A DNA stretch of 64,000 bases. Source: an uncultured virus (IMG/VR IMGVR_UViG_3300048813_000256) (Duplodnaviria > Heunggongvirae > Uroviricota > Caudoviricetes). The notes under the pieces are model-generated. The model saw only the letters and a program-made list of their open reading frames with translations. It was not told the origin of the DNA and made no database searches. The position numbers and the translations under genes were made by a program. Each line of letters opens with the position of its first letter. Positions within the stretch are counted from its first letter, which is position 1. The stretch lies in the IMG/VR virus record IMGVR_UViG_3300048813_000256; one strand, given 5' to 3'. This document shows positions 28,713-39,207 of the stretch, piece by piece.

Positions 28713-29752
28713 GAGGAACGATGGCAGAACGGAATTTCCCCAAGACGGTGCTTATCACCTTCGATCCCAACCGAGATCCTGCGCGGCCGCCGGAGTTTCT
28801 GGCCCACCTTAGCGTGAGCGCGGCAATCGAAGACGACGGGCCCACCGTGGTGGCGGAGTATCGCCTGGTGCGCTCCCGGCGTTACCGCAAGAACACGGTC
28901 GATGCCGATACCGGCGAAGAGGCCGACTGAGCATGGGCGATCTTCTCCAAGTCGAATACACCTGCCACGGCTGTGGCGTAGGCGAGGGCGAAGGCGGCCG
29001 CGCCAAAGTCACGGTGCGCCATCGCCGGGAGAATCAGGACATCGTGGATTGGGTCAACGACTGCGCCCGGCTGGTTTCGATCGATCATCACGGGCGTTCG
29101 CCGAATTGTACAGCCGGGAAGTGCGACCTGATGATCCCGGTGAGCAAGGATGCGGAAGGCAACGAATTTCTGGGCTACAATCGCGCGATCGGCGAATAAG
29201 CGACCGTTTCATTCCGCCCGGAGGATCCGCGTGAGGTTTCGAGGTTCGAGATATGGAGAAATTCTGGTCTGACGATTTCGACATGGATCTGCTCAAGCTC
29301 TTCCCCGATCTGCCGGAGACGCTGGGCGGGACGGCGGAGCGCGCGCTGTGGACGGTGGGGCACGCGACCTATGGGCGCCTGAATCATCCGGCGGTGTGGA
29401 ATTCCACCGGCGCCCTCGGGGAGCTGGGTGCCTGGGTTTGGACCCGGAAGCCGAACTTGCAGCGTGACCGCCACGGTTGGTTCAACCTGGAAGGCGGCTG
29501 CGCTTCGGACGACCCCGAAATCGGATGCACCTGGCTGGAGCTGCTGCGCGACCAGTGGGCGCACCGCTATGGCTTTGTCCTGCTGCCGGCGAAGTCTATC
29601 TTCACGCCCGCGCCCCTGGCAGAGTTTGACACGATCATGTACGACCTGCGGGGTTGGCGGAAAGATGCAAAGGCGCTCCCCGCGCGCACCGTGGTGATGG
29701 CGTGGATTCTCCGGGCCAACCGGCAACTGGAAGAGGAATGCAGGCGGGCAGC

Positions 29753-29959
29753 ATGATCCGGCCGCTGGCGGAAATCGAAAGGGATACGGTTCTAGCGGCG
29801 ATCCGCGAAGTAAAAAATATACCGGAGGCGGCGCGGCAATTGGGGATCGGACAGACGACCATCTATCGGAAGTTGCGGGAGTACGGCTATGTGGCGGGAA
29901 CGAGCGCGAAGTTGGGTCGCGATCTGTTGGACCAGATTTGCCCGCATCTGGAGACGTAA
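29753..29959 (+). CDS. Stand-alone Fis-type HTH protein
   Basis: PLAEIERDTV...AARQLGIGQTTIYRKLREYG. Confidence 0.8.
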   Translation: MIRPLAEIERDTVLAAIREVKNIPEAARQLGIGQTTIYRKLREYGYVAGTSAKLGRDLLDQICPHLET

Positions 29960-31460
29960 AGGGAAAGAGGCTGGGGTTGACCAAACGATGAGCGAATTCA
30001 ATTTCTACACGCGGAGCCAATACTATTGCGGGGCCTGCGGAGAACCGCTTCTGCGGATGCGGCGCGTCGACGAGGGCATGGTGTTCATCCATCCCGACAC
30101 GTCCTGCGAACTCTCGGGCAAGGCGTTCTCTCCCCCGACCGTGCCGCTGGCCGAGATCAAGGGGCGCGTCTCTGACGGACGCTTCGTTCCCGAGGGCGTG
30201 CCCGCGCCAGAAATGGTGCGGCACACGTTCGGCGGAGTGGGAGCATGAGGACACTTGCCGAGCTGCAGGCCTGGCGCGATAAGGCAACCGAAATTCTGGG
30301 CGATCCCGCCGCGACGTGCGGTGTCGCCTTCTTCCGCTATGTGCGCTCCGGCCCGCTCTTCGACCCTGATTTGATTTTCAGCGACGAGGGCAGCGACTTG
30401 CTCTTGCGCTTCGAACGCCGCTCCGCGCCGTTGCGAATCTCGATCTCAAGAGAGGGCCCGAAGATGCTGGCCGGCGAGCTGGTGGAGTTTGGCGTCGACC
30501 GCATCGCGCCCGGCCTGTGGGTGCTGAACCCCTCGCTGAATATTCCCGGCGTGCTCCATGCCTTCATCGCTCTCTACGACGTTCCGGATCCGGCTCCGTG
30601 GGAAGGCGGCCTGATCCTGCTAACGGGATGATCGTCAAAGACGAGACTCCCGATCCTTTGTCGTCGAACCTGATTGAGTTCACGCGCAAGAAGCGTGAGC
30701 CATTGCTGGGGACGGTGCGCGCCGGCTATCAGTCCTGCCGTCATCCCCGAGTGTCGGTGAATGAGGAGAAGCGCATCGTCTCCTGCCGCGACTGCGATGC
30801 GGAACTTGATCCCTTTCAGGTGCTTTGGGAGATGGCGGTCCACGAACGCCGGTGGCTGGATGACCTGGAAGCGTGGGAGGCGATGCGGGATTCCCGTCTC
30901 TCCGATCGCTACGACGCGGAGTGGCAGCGCCACGTCGATGACATCGTTGAACCTCCGGCCGACCGCCGGCTCCGGGAAATCTGGGAAACCTTTCATGCGG
31001 TGCTGGGAGACAAATTCTGCGCCATGTACCATCGCAAGCGGCGGAAACGTCGGGGGCCGGAGTGGTACGGCCGCGACACTCGCGGCAGTTGCGTCTCGCT
31101 GCAGTATGCGCGCAGCCTTCTGGTTCCGAAGGTCGTTCCGGTGAAGGCGCAATGAGGCCGGGCGAGAAAAAGCCGATGCCGGCGGGGATCGAGGATCTCG
31201 CGGATGTGCTGGTCGCGCGGGTGCGCGAGTACGAGCGCAACTGCCGCTGTCCCAAGTGCCACGGCCACATGGCTTCGGGACGCAGCGGGCCGCTGCAGTG
31301 CGTCGATTGCGACTTCTGCCTCGCCAACCTGCGGAAGCTGATGCTGGGCGAGTTGGGCAGCTCGATCTTCTTCCCAGAACGGGAGCGGGGCGGAAGCCAG
31401 CCGGTGGCAAGCGAAGATTTTGCTTGCGTGCCGGAACGGATCGGCGGTAATCTGCTGGCC

Positions 31461-32141
31461 ATGAAACCAAAAACCCGCAAGACCAAGCTCGCTGCGAAAG
31501 CCGCCGGCTCAAAAACCGCTAAGGCAAAATCGAAGGCCAAGCCGAAGAGCAAGATCGGGAAGGCCGCGCCCGCCCGCAAGGCCCCGAAAGTTACCGCGCG
31601 GAAGGCGGTTGGGAAGAAGGCCGCTGGCAAGAAGGCTGTTGCGAAGAAGGCCATTGCCAAGAAGCCCGCGAAAAAGACCGTCGCGAAAGCTCGGCCGCTG
31701 GTCAAAGCCGGCCACGCCGCCAGCGATGCGGGACGCATCGGGGTGTTCGTCCGCTTCGAGACTGCCGCCGACAAGGAACTCGCCGCGAAAGCCGCCGACG
31801 TAGCCAAGGCCAACAGCTTGAGCGCCTACAGCGCGCATTTCGCGCTGGAAGCGGCCCAGGCCGGCAAGAAGATGGAACTGAAACCGCGCGCCGTTCCTCC
31901 GCAAAGCCGGGAAAAGGGCGAAAAGAAGCCGAGCGAGGGATCGTCGGAATATGACCGGCGCAACTTCACCCGCTTCGCCAACCCGACTCAGAAGGGGATT
32001 GTGGCGAAGGCGGCGAAGGCTACCGGAGTCAGCTTGAGCGCCTACATCGTCCACTTCACGATGGAGGCGGCGAGGGCCAAGGCGAAGCTGCCGGAGAAAG
32101 AACAAGAGCCAGAGACGGCGACCGCCGCCACTGGCACTTAG
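31461..32141 (+). CDS. Histone-H1-like Lys/Ala-rich protein with two RHH-like repeats (frame open from 31152)
   Basis: KKAAGKKAVAKKAIAKKPAKK, then two RF...AKAA....SLSAY..HF..EAA units. Confidence 0.65.
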   Translation: MKPKTRKTKLAAKAAGSKTAKAKSKAKPKSKIGKAAPARKAPKVTARKAVGKKAAGKKAVAKKAIAKKPAKKTVAKARPLVKAGHAASDAGRIGVFVRFETAADKELAAKAADVAKANSLSAYSAHFALEAAQAGKKMELKPRAVPPQSREKGEKKPSEGSSEYDRRNFTRFANPTQKGIVAKAAKATGVSLSAYIVHFTMEAARAKAKLPEKEQEPETATAATGT

Positions 32142-34373
32142 CATCGCGCAAAGCGCGTTCCGGTGACTCGCAAGCCATCTTGCGGAAAACCGGGAACGCT
32201 AGAAAGTCCCCATCGCGCAAAGCGGGCGGTGATCCACTCCGAGAGGAATGGAACTCACCGCCCGTTTATTTATCCCTCGTTTTCGGGAGAGTCATCGTCG
32301 CTTTTTCGCGGCTTCCGCTTGCCGCGTTCGCCGCCCTCACTCTGGTCGACGGCGCGGCGGTCCATCTCCTGGTCCTGATCGGAGCGGGCCGTGCTCAAGC
32401 GCGCCGCATCGGTGTGGCCGCGGGCCGCCATCTCCCGCTTCATGCGGGCACGGCGGGATTCAGGGGCCGGCTTGAGCTGCAGCAGCGATATTCCGCGCCG
32501 CTGGGCCTCGGCGATCAGCCTTTCGGTGCTGACCCCTACCAGCGGGCGGACCGCGCGCGGCGCACGTTTCTTCCATTGGTGCGCGCTGATGGCCTCGGCG
32601 CCGGGCGGACAGTCTTCCCGCCACAGCCGCCGAAGCTGGCGGATGGGTATGTAGGCAAGGTTGGGACAGAGATCAGAATGAGCTGCATCCAAACTCAGGG
32701 TCGCAAGCCAAGCCTCGAAATTGAGGTTGGACATGAAAACACTCCACAGATGCCCGATTTTCCCAGCCGAAAGGCACTCCCCGGTAGTTACCGAAGTTCT
32801 GAGAGCAGGCAACCTGCCTCCGGCGGCCCTCCCCCAGGAGCGCCGGAGGCTGGATGGTCGGAAGGTTAGGCGGCTTGTAGTCGGCGTTGCTCGTCTCTCG
32901 CCGATATGAGCGCCTTGTTGCTCAGGTGCTCCGCCACCCAAACCGCCGAGATGAGGGTGACTGGCGTTTTGCCGCCGTCGAACGAGGTGTGATACACGGC
33001 GAGAACGTCGGTCTGGCCGGCCACGGGCTCGATGCGCGAGCCTCCGTTGAGGATGCGCTGAATGGTTTCTTTGAGGATGTTGGGATCGGGCGCGGTCAGC
33101 TCGCCCGTGAAACCGTTGGGCAATTCCAGCTTGGCGGAGTATTGTTTAACCGGGTTCGTGTTCATGGTGTTTTCAGAGCCTCTTTCCTTTGCGATTTTCA
33201 GAATCAGGGCAAAACGACGCGCCCCGCAGCCGACACTCTCCACCAGACCGGGAGGAAGTAACAGGACATCAAACAGGAAAACCCCCCTTGCTGGGCTCTC
33301 CGGAAGATTGCCGGCTGCGCGGCGCGGCGCATAGTTAACCCGCTGGATAAGCCAGTAATCCAAGCGGCACGCGTGGGGCGCGCCTCCTTTGTACGCTGCC
33401 GGCCATGGCCGGTCTGTTCACTTTTGACCACTCCCACGAACCCGGTGTTGAGGTTGGTGCCATTGATGTTCAGGCCGGAATAGGAGCAAGCTCGGCCTCG
33501 GCTTCTGCAACTGCCGAATCCTGCACGTAGCCACCTTCGACGACGTCGGTAGCGGCGCCGGCATCCCGCAGGGCCTGCTGAATAGCCCCGCGCTGCTCAA
33601 GCTGTCTCCGGGCGATCCGGGGATCCAATGGCGCGGAACCCCCGGCCTGGTGCAGTATTCCGACAACTACGTCGACCGCTGCCAGTGGAACCTTTCGGAA
33701 TAATTTTTCAAAAATCCGCGAAAAAATCAAGAGCGGAGAGTGTCCTGGTTTCGGACATAATCCACAGATTGCCGTTGGTGCGTGTGGAAAACCTAGCGCC
33801 GCTGAGTTGCGCGGGCAAGCGTTATCAGGCGTCACATCCTGGGAATGCGTATCCGAAGGAGTTCCAGCAGCCCGCGGGAATGGACCAGCACGCGCCGGCT
33901 GCGCTGTTGCTGGGCCTGATGCCGCAGATACATTTCGAAGCTCTGCTTGCGGGCCATGCGGCACCAGAGGGCCAGGGCTTCGATGGGGACTTATATACTT
34001 AACTCCCTAAACACAATGAAATCAGCCATCAACATCGGCCAACAGTTCCGGCGTAACTTTCGCTATGGCGTAGGCGTCGGTCAGGTCGCACACTCCGCCT
34101 TCGCAGTGCCATCGGTCATCAAGGCTCAAATAATTCAGCAGCCGAGCGGCTTCGGGTGTGGTCATCGTTACGGCACTCCAGCACCAATTACCGACCCATT
34201 CGTGCTTTCCGCTAAGAACCTCAAAGCGTCGGCGCGACAGACACAGGAAGTTACCACTGAACGAGTACCGAGGCTCCGATCCTCTCTCGCCCCACTGGAG
34301 ATCAATCTCGTCTCCGATCTGCACAGCAGATACGCGTCCAGTGTCGATTCCGTGTTCGTCATTCGTCGCCAGA

Positions 34374-34496
34374 CTAACTATTACGTTCACGTTTTGCCTT
34401 CTTTCGCTTTCGGGGTTTCTTGCGCTTCGACTTCGGACGGTAAGCCAGTACCACATCCGCAATCGCGTCTAGGACGGGGGGAGTTTTGCGCTTCAT
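34374..34496 (-). CDS. Small basic ORF conserved in both IS1595 copies
   Basis: MKRKTPPVLDAIADVVLAYRPKSK..., homologous to 48840-48977. Confidence 0.6.
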   Translation of the reverse strand: MKRKTPPVLDAIADVVLAYRPKSKRKKPRKRKKAKRERNS

Positions 34497-34590
34497 GAGA
34501 TTCCCTTTTTACACTTCGCACAGACAGCGAGAATGTACAGTGTGGCTGTCCGCAACCGTCCACCACATATCCGGCAGAACGATGCCTTCT

Positions 34591-35508
34591 TCATGCGGTC
34601 AACCCTTCATAGGTCAGCCGCTTGCCGACTACGGCCAGAACAAAGCTATCCAGCCGCTCAAGAGTGTGGTACTTCACGTTGCCGACGTTCAGCCGGAAGG
34701 TGAACTCGTCAACGTACTTGGCAAGATGCTTCTTGCTTATTTGGTGATAGACGCCGTACACGCCGCGTTTCAGGACTGCCCAAACGCTCTCGATTCCGTT
34801 CGTGCTCGCCTGACCCAGCCGGTACTCGCCCGCCATGTGATTGACGCTCTGGTGACGGAAGAAAAGACCATCAAGGCCGATGTATCCGGGTGCCTCATCC
34901 GTGAAGATCGTAGAGCCGACTTCCACATTGGCGTGGATGGCGGATTGCAAACTGACTTGGTCGGTAGCTTCCAGCGGCATTGCAATAGTGCGTCCGCCGC
35001 GCTCCCTGAGTCCTACAACGGCAGTCTTGCCCACGGAGCCACGCCCAGCCTTGAGCTTTTTGTGCTCGTGCTTGTTGCGCTCTTTCCCGCCGATAAAACA
35101 TTCGTCAATTTCGACCATGCCGCGAAGTTTGTCCAGCTTCCCGCCGCACGCCTCCCGAAGCCGATGCAGAACGAACCACGCCGACTTCTGCGTAATGCCG
35201 ATTTCCTTGGCAAGCTGCATCGAACTGATGCCTTTTCGCGCTGTGACGAGCAGGTACATGGCATAGAGCCACTTGTGCAGAGGAATGTGGCTGCGCTCGA
35301 AGATCGTGCCTGTACGGATGGTGAAATCCAATTGGCAGGCATTGCAGCGATAGAAGCCGCCCTTGCGAGTTGTGATGCGTTCAGTGGCTTTGCAGGTCGG
35401 GCAAGTGACGCCGTTTTCCCAGAGACGGGATTCCAGATAGAGCCGTGCGGACTCCGCGTCGGGAAACATCTCGAAAAGCTGGAATGTGCTGATCGTGCTC
35501 TTACTCAT
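34591..35508 (-). CDS. IS1595-family DDE transposase
   Basis: Zn ribbon CPTC/CNAC, GTIFERSHIPL, VEIDEC, FTDE, STNGIESVW, YVDEFTFRLN. Confidence 0.95.
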   Translation of the reverse strand: MSKSTISTFQLFEMFPDAESARLYLESRLWENGVTCPTCKATERITTRKGGFYRCNACQLDFTIRTGTIFERSHIPLHKWLYAMYLLVTARKGISSMQLAKEIGITQKSAWFVLHRLREACGGKLDKLRGMVEIDECFIGGKERNKHEHKKLKAGRGSVGKTAVVGLRERGGRTIAMPLEATDQVSLQSAIHANVEVGSTIFTDEAPGYIGLDGLFFRHQSVNHMAGEYRLGQASTNGIESVWAVLKRGVYGVYHQISKKHLAKYVDEFTFRLNVGNVKYHTLERLDSFVLAVVGKRLTYEGLTA

Positions 35509-35512
35509 TGCG

Positions 35513-35683
35513 TTACCCCTCGCATCCCATCTGGTAATAGCCGCCACAGTCCTGGGAGCAGAAATCTATCGTTTGCGTGCGAACCTCTTGCTTTTGGCGA
35601 GCGGGATTCCATGCTCGGTCGATTATCTTTCGCGGTACAGGTGTCTCGATTGGCTTCCCGCAGTAAGGGCATTTGGCTGTCAT
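35513..35683 (-). CDS. YdaE-like Zn-finger passenger (56 aa)
   Basis: MTAKCPYCGKPI...FCSQDC..YQM; GGAGG RBS. Confidence 0.55.
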   Translation of the reverse strand: MTAKCPYCGKPIETPVPRKIIDRAWNPARQKQEVRTQTIDFCSQDCGGYYQMGCEG

Positions 35684-36166
35684 TTTGTCAAAACCTCCGT
35701 CAAAACTTTACAAAACGGCGTAAACATTCAAGAGCGGATTTCACACTTCTGGTGGAATTGGCAATCGCCGGTGCTCAACTACGGCAAGTTCCCCAGCGTG
35801 GAGTCTGCCATAGCAAGAGCAATCCTTACTTGGCGGGTGGTTGCAGCATAGATAGCGCCCATCCGCCCCAATCCACGCCTGATGCGTGTAGTCGTAATGT
35901 TCCGACCTTAGTGTCCGCTCCGCCGCATCCGTGGTTAGCCTTGCGTATCGAATGGTGCTCACAGTTGACCTCCGATCAAGATAGGGTGTTTCACAAGTAC
36001 TACGCAAAACATGCGCTCGAAAGCGTTGCGAGGAGCTAATGTTCGCTTATTCAGGTAAGAGATCACGTTCGCGAGCTTCAGTGACCCCACATAATTGCCT
36101 TCTGCCTCGCACTCTCTCAGCAACTCTAAACAAATACTGTAGGCCATTTGTAAGGGAACTATATAC

Positions 36167-36878
36167 TTAACTCCCTAACTGCCGAGTTTCAACATTGCAC
36201 ACAGCTTCCGCATAATCGACAATACAGCTCGCCAGCTCAGGAGGAATGGTTGCCGCTACGCCACTACAGTTAGCGCGACCGCCGGCCAATCTCTCGCTCT
36301 CTTGCTGCCACCGATTACGCCAGTCCTGCACACTGATGTCCTGCGGACGCTTCTCCATCCATGCGCCAGGAGCTCCACGAAAGCCCTTGCCTTTAATAAT
36401 CCCTTGCGGCATGAGCGGCGGTACTCCGCTGCCCCACAGGTAGAACGGGCCGCAATGATGGACTGCATTGCCCACAAACTGCTGCGCCGCTCTGACGTTC
36501 TCCATGACGAAGGGAATGCCGGATGCCATGCACAATTCACGGGTGTGATTGAAGAGCCTAATACCTTGCGTTGGGTAAGGGGGGCTTGGGTGAAAGCACT
36601 TCATGCCGTGTACAGAAAACTCTTCACAGGGAGAGGAGGCACAGATGAAATCGAACTGTTCCGACCAGTGGCAAGCAAACCGATCTTGGAGCATTACATA
36701 ACCGTTTCCCGATGCTGCAAAATTAAGCACGTCCTCTTTCAGGAAGTACAATCCCTGCGGAACCTCTGGGGGGTTCAACTAAGTCAACCGCAACGACATT
36801 CCAGCCTCGCGACAAAAATGGTTTCGACCATCCGAGTCGCCCGCAAAAGAGATCAAGCATCCGTTTCATGTTTGGCAT
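36167..36878 (-). pseudogene. C5-cytosine methyltransferase-like gene, frameshifted in a C6 tract
   Basis: LDLFCG in one frame; ASSPC and MENV in another; junction at the G6 run 36768-36773. Confidence 0.7.
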
Positions 36879-36917
36879 CCTAGCACCCCAGAAAAGGGAG
36901 TTAACTATATAATTCCC

Positions 36918-37206
36918 CTTCGATGGGGGCGGCGCGCAGGACCTCGACGTGCACGGCCAGCGCCGCCGCCTGGCGGAGCACGCCCGCATCCGCGCGTTCC
37001 CCATTGCCGTTTCGCAGCTCGCGGGCGCTGCGCCAGAAATTCACTTCAACCGGGACCAGGTAAGGGGTGGCTCGGGCGGCGTGAGCGTGATGATGGACGG
37101 GCAGACCTTCCAGCCGTTCCCAGCGTTGCGCGGTGCTGATCGAGCAATTGAGAAAGGCGGCGATCTCTTTCCATCCACTGATGCGGCAGTCGGTGCCGTT
37201 TTCCAA
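36918..37206 (-). pseudogene. HTH gene interrupted by the IS1595 element
   Basis: GWKEIAAFLN..ISTAQRWERLEGLPVH; frame continues below 33978 once the IS and one TSD copy are removed. Confidence 0.6.
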
Positions 37207-37576
37207 GGTGGGGGAGCCTCACCCAATCCCCGAATATAGCAGCCTCGCCCGCTTTTTAAGTGTCGCCGTTGGTGCGCGGGAGAGGCACGGGATCGGGCAG
37301 GGGTTCCTGGTCCGCGACCCGTAGGTAGTGGGAAAACTCAGGCAGCCTGGGACGGACCTCGAAAATCTGGATGGTGTCGTCGGTGAAGCGCAGTTCCACT
37401 TCGTCGGGTTCGGTGGTATCGGGGTTGCCCAGGCGCACTTCGGCGCTGGCGATCGTTCGTCCGGCCAGTTCGGGGAATTTGTGAATCAAGGATCACCTCG
37501 CGCCTGATCTTTAGCAGAAAAGCCACCTGCTGGCAACGTGTCTTTTGGTCGTAGCTGCTTGTGGAAAACCGATCTT

Positions 37577-38992
37577 TCAGGGGTACAGCGGAGTGAACCC
37601 GGCGTCAAGATAGACGTCCTCGTTCTGCTGATCTTGCTGATCTTCCGCGTCCTGTGGCCGAGGCAGGTCCTCCAGCGTGTCACGAGAGAAACTGTCCCGA
37701 GGCTTTTGCTCTGGATGGTGGCCGTGCCAGCCGGCCTGTTGGGCGCGCTTGCGCTGAACCTTGCGAATTTTTCTCTTGCCGAAACCCTTAAAGAGAACGA
37801 AGGCCCCCGTGTGCTGACTATTTGGAGCAGGGGCTTCTTCAGCCTTGATGACCTGCTCGCGCCACCACGTATCGCTCAACTTCCGTCCCCTATCCCGCTC
37901 TCCGTTGTGTTCAAAAACCGTGCGCTCGTGAGAGTACGGAATCTCCCAACCCGGCATCGAAGTGAACAGGGGGATCGGGATGTCGCCCGTGCCGTAGACA
38001 TCGCCGCGATCGAGCGCCCGCCATTCCATCGACCACTTGAACTCGAAAAAATGCTCGTGATAGCGGCACTTGGCGCTGCCGTCCGCATGTGGGAAGGGAC
38101 AGGCTTTCTCGGAACACTTCGCGCGGCGGGGTAACGCGAGAAACTCCAGATCGGCCGCGCTCAGGGGCTGCCCATAGGTCTTATGCTGGAACTTCCGCAT
38201 GTGGCGGCGCAGAGTCTCAACATTGGGCCGGTAGACCCGGCGCGAGAAGATCGCTGCTCTCAGCTCGGGGAAATTGTGGATGGTAGTGCGCTTCATGTGC
38301 TCGGCATCGGAAACCAGCTCCAGATTCGAGAGGGCGCAGTTTCCGTGATCGCGGTCCTTCCACCAGATACGGCAGTCGGCTGGAACGGGACCGTGGGCCT
38401 GCTCCCAGACCAGCTTGTGAACCCACTCCCAGCCGTCGTTGGGCTTCGGGGCCGGCTTCCCGGTTTTGAGCATGAGGTAGCCCATGGAATTAAACCGGAA
38501 GCTCCACAGCGGCATCTCGTTGTGCGGGCGCTGGCCTTTGCGGAACTGCGTCTCGCGCATGCGGCCGCGAAAATATCCGGGACGCCGGAGGCCTTTGTTC
38601 TGCGAGACATGGCCTTTTTGGAAGCGGCGGGCAGCGCCCCGCGTGTCTCCCGGCCGCGTGCGTCCGGAGTCTGGGCCGTCGAGGAAGATCTGGCTCTTGT
38701 GCAGCCCGAGCTGGTGGGCGCGCCGGTAGAGCGCAAACACGGTGCATCCCAGGCGCCGCGCGAGGATGTCGTTGCGAAGGTGCGGATAGAAGGCGCGAAG
38801 CATCCACGCATCGGCGGCGGTCCACTCCTTGCGCTGCTTCGCCTTCATAAGGCGGAGCACCAGGGCGCGGCTCTTTACGGCATGCGCCGAACGCCCGAAC
38901 TGCGGGGCGATATCGCGCGTCATAGCGAACGGGTAGACTTCGCGCAAACGCGCTTCCTCCTCGGCCGACCAGGGCGTGCCTTTGCCCTTCAT
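37577..38992 (-). CDS. HNH (HNH_3-like) protein with C-terminal extension
   Basis: WSAEEE repeats, FQKGH, WVHKLVWEQAHGPVP..KDRDHGNC.LSNLELVS. Confidence 0.75.
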   Translation of the reverse strand: MKGKGTPWSAEEEARLREVYPFAMTRDIAPQFGRSAHAVKSRALVLRLMKAKQRKEWTAADAWMLRAFYPHLRNDILARRLGCTVFALYRRAHQLGLHKSQIFLDGPDSGRTRPGDTRGAARRFQKGHVSQNKGLRRPGYFRGRMRETQFRKGQRPHNEMPLWSFRFNSMGYLMLKTGKPAPKPNDGWEWVHKLVWEQAHGPVPADCRIWWKDRDHGNCALSNLELVSDAEHMKRTTIHNFPELRAAIFSRRVYRPNVETLRRHMRKFQHKTYGQPLSAADLEFLALPRRAKCSEKACPFPHADGSAKCRYHEHFFEFKWSMEWRALDRGDVYGTGDIPIPLFTSMPGWEIPYSHERTVFEHNGERDRGRKLSDTWWREQVIKAEEAPAPNSQHTGAFVLFKGFGKRKIRKVQRKRAQQAGWHGHHPEQKPRDSFSRDTLEDLPRPQDAEDQQDQQNEDVYLDAGFTPLYP

Positions 38993-38994
38993 GC

Positions 38995-39207
38995 TCACAG
39001 CTCTCTCCTGAGTTTGAGATCGCACAACTCCTGCAGCCGGCGCAAAGCGGCCGCATTGCAGGGATGGCGGAGTTTGCGAAGCGCGTTCTGATACAGCATC
39101 CACGCGCCGCCGCGCGTGATGCCCAGAGCGCGGCCGATTTCCTCGAAGGACGCGGCGGCTCCGTCGTGCGGCGAACGCCCGGCGGTGTCTTCGGCGAAAT
39201 GCTTCAC
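38995..39207 (-). CDS. Stand-alone sigma70 region 4-like protein
   Basis: SFEEIGRALGITR...NALRKLRHP. Confidence 0.6.
   Translation of the reverse strand: MKHFAEDTAGRSPHDGAAASFEEIGRALGITRGGAWMLYQNALRKLRHPCNAAALRRLQELCDLKLRREL

Larger units (their letters stand above)
33986..36917 (-). mobile_element. IS1595-family element (2932 bp) with passenger genes
   Basis: 23-bp TIRs GGGACTTATATACTTAACTCCCT and agggagttaactatataattccc; 8-bp TSD CTTCGATG at 33978-33985 and 36918-36925; extra internal TIR at 36154-36176. Confidence 0.92.

Noticed and set aside
34486..36039. 517-aa plus-strand ORF (also 47695-48969 on the minus strand)
   Set aside because: Antisense shadows of the IS1595 transposases.
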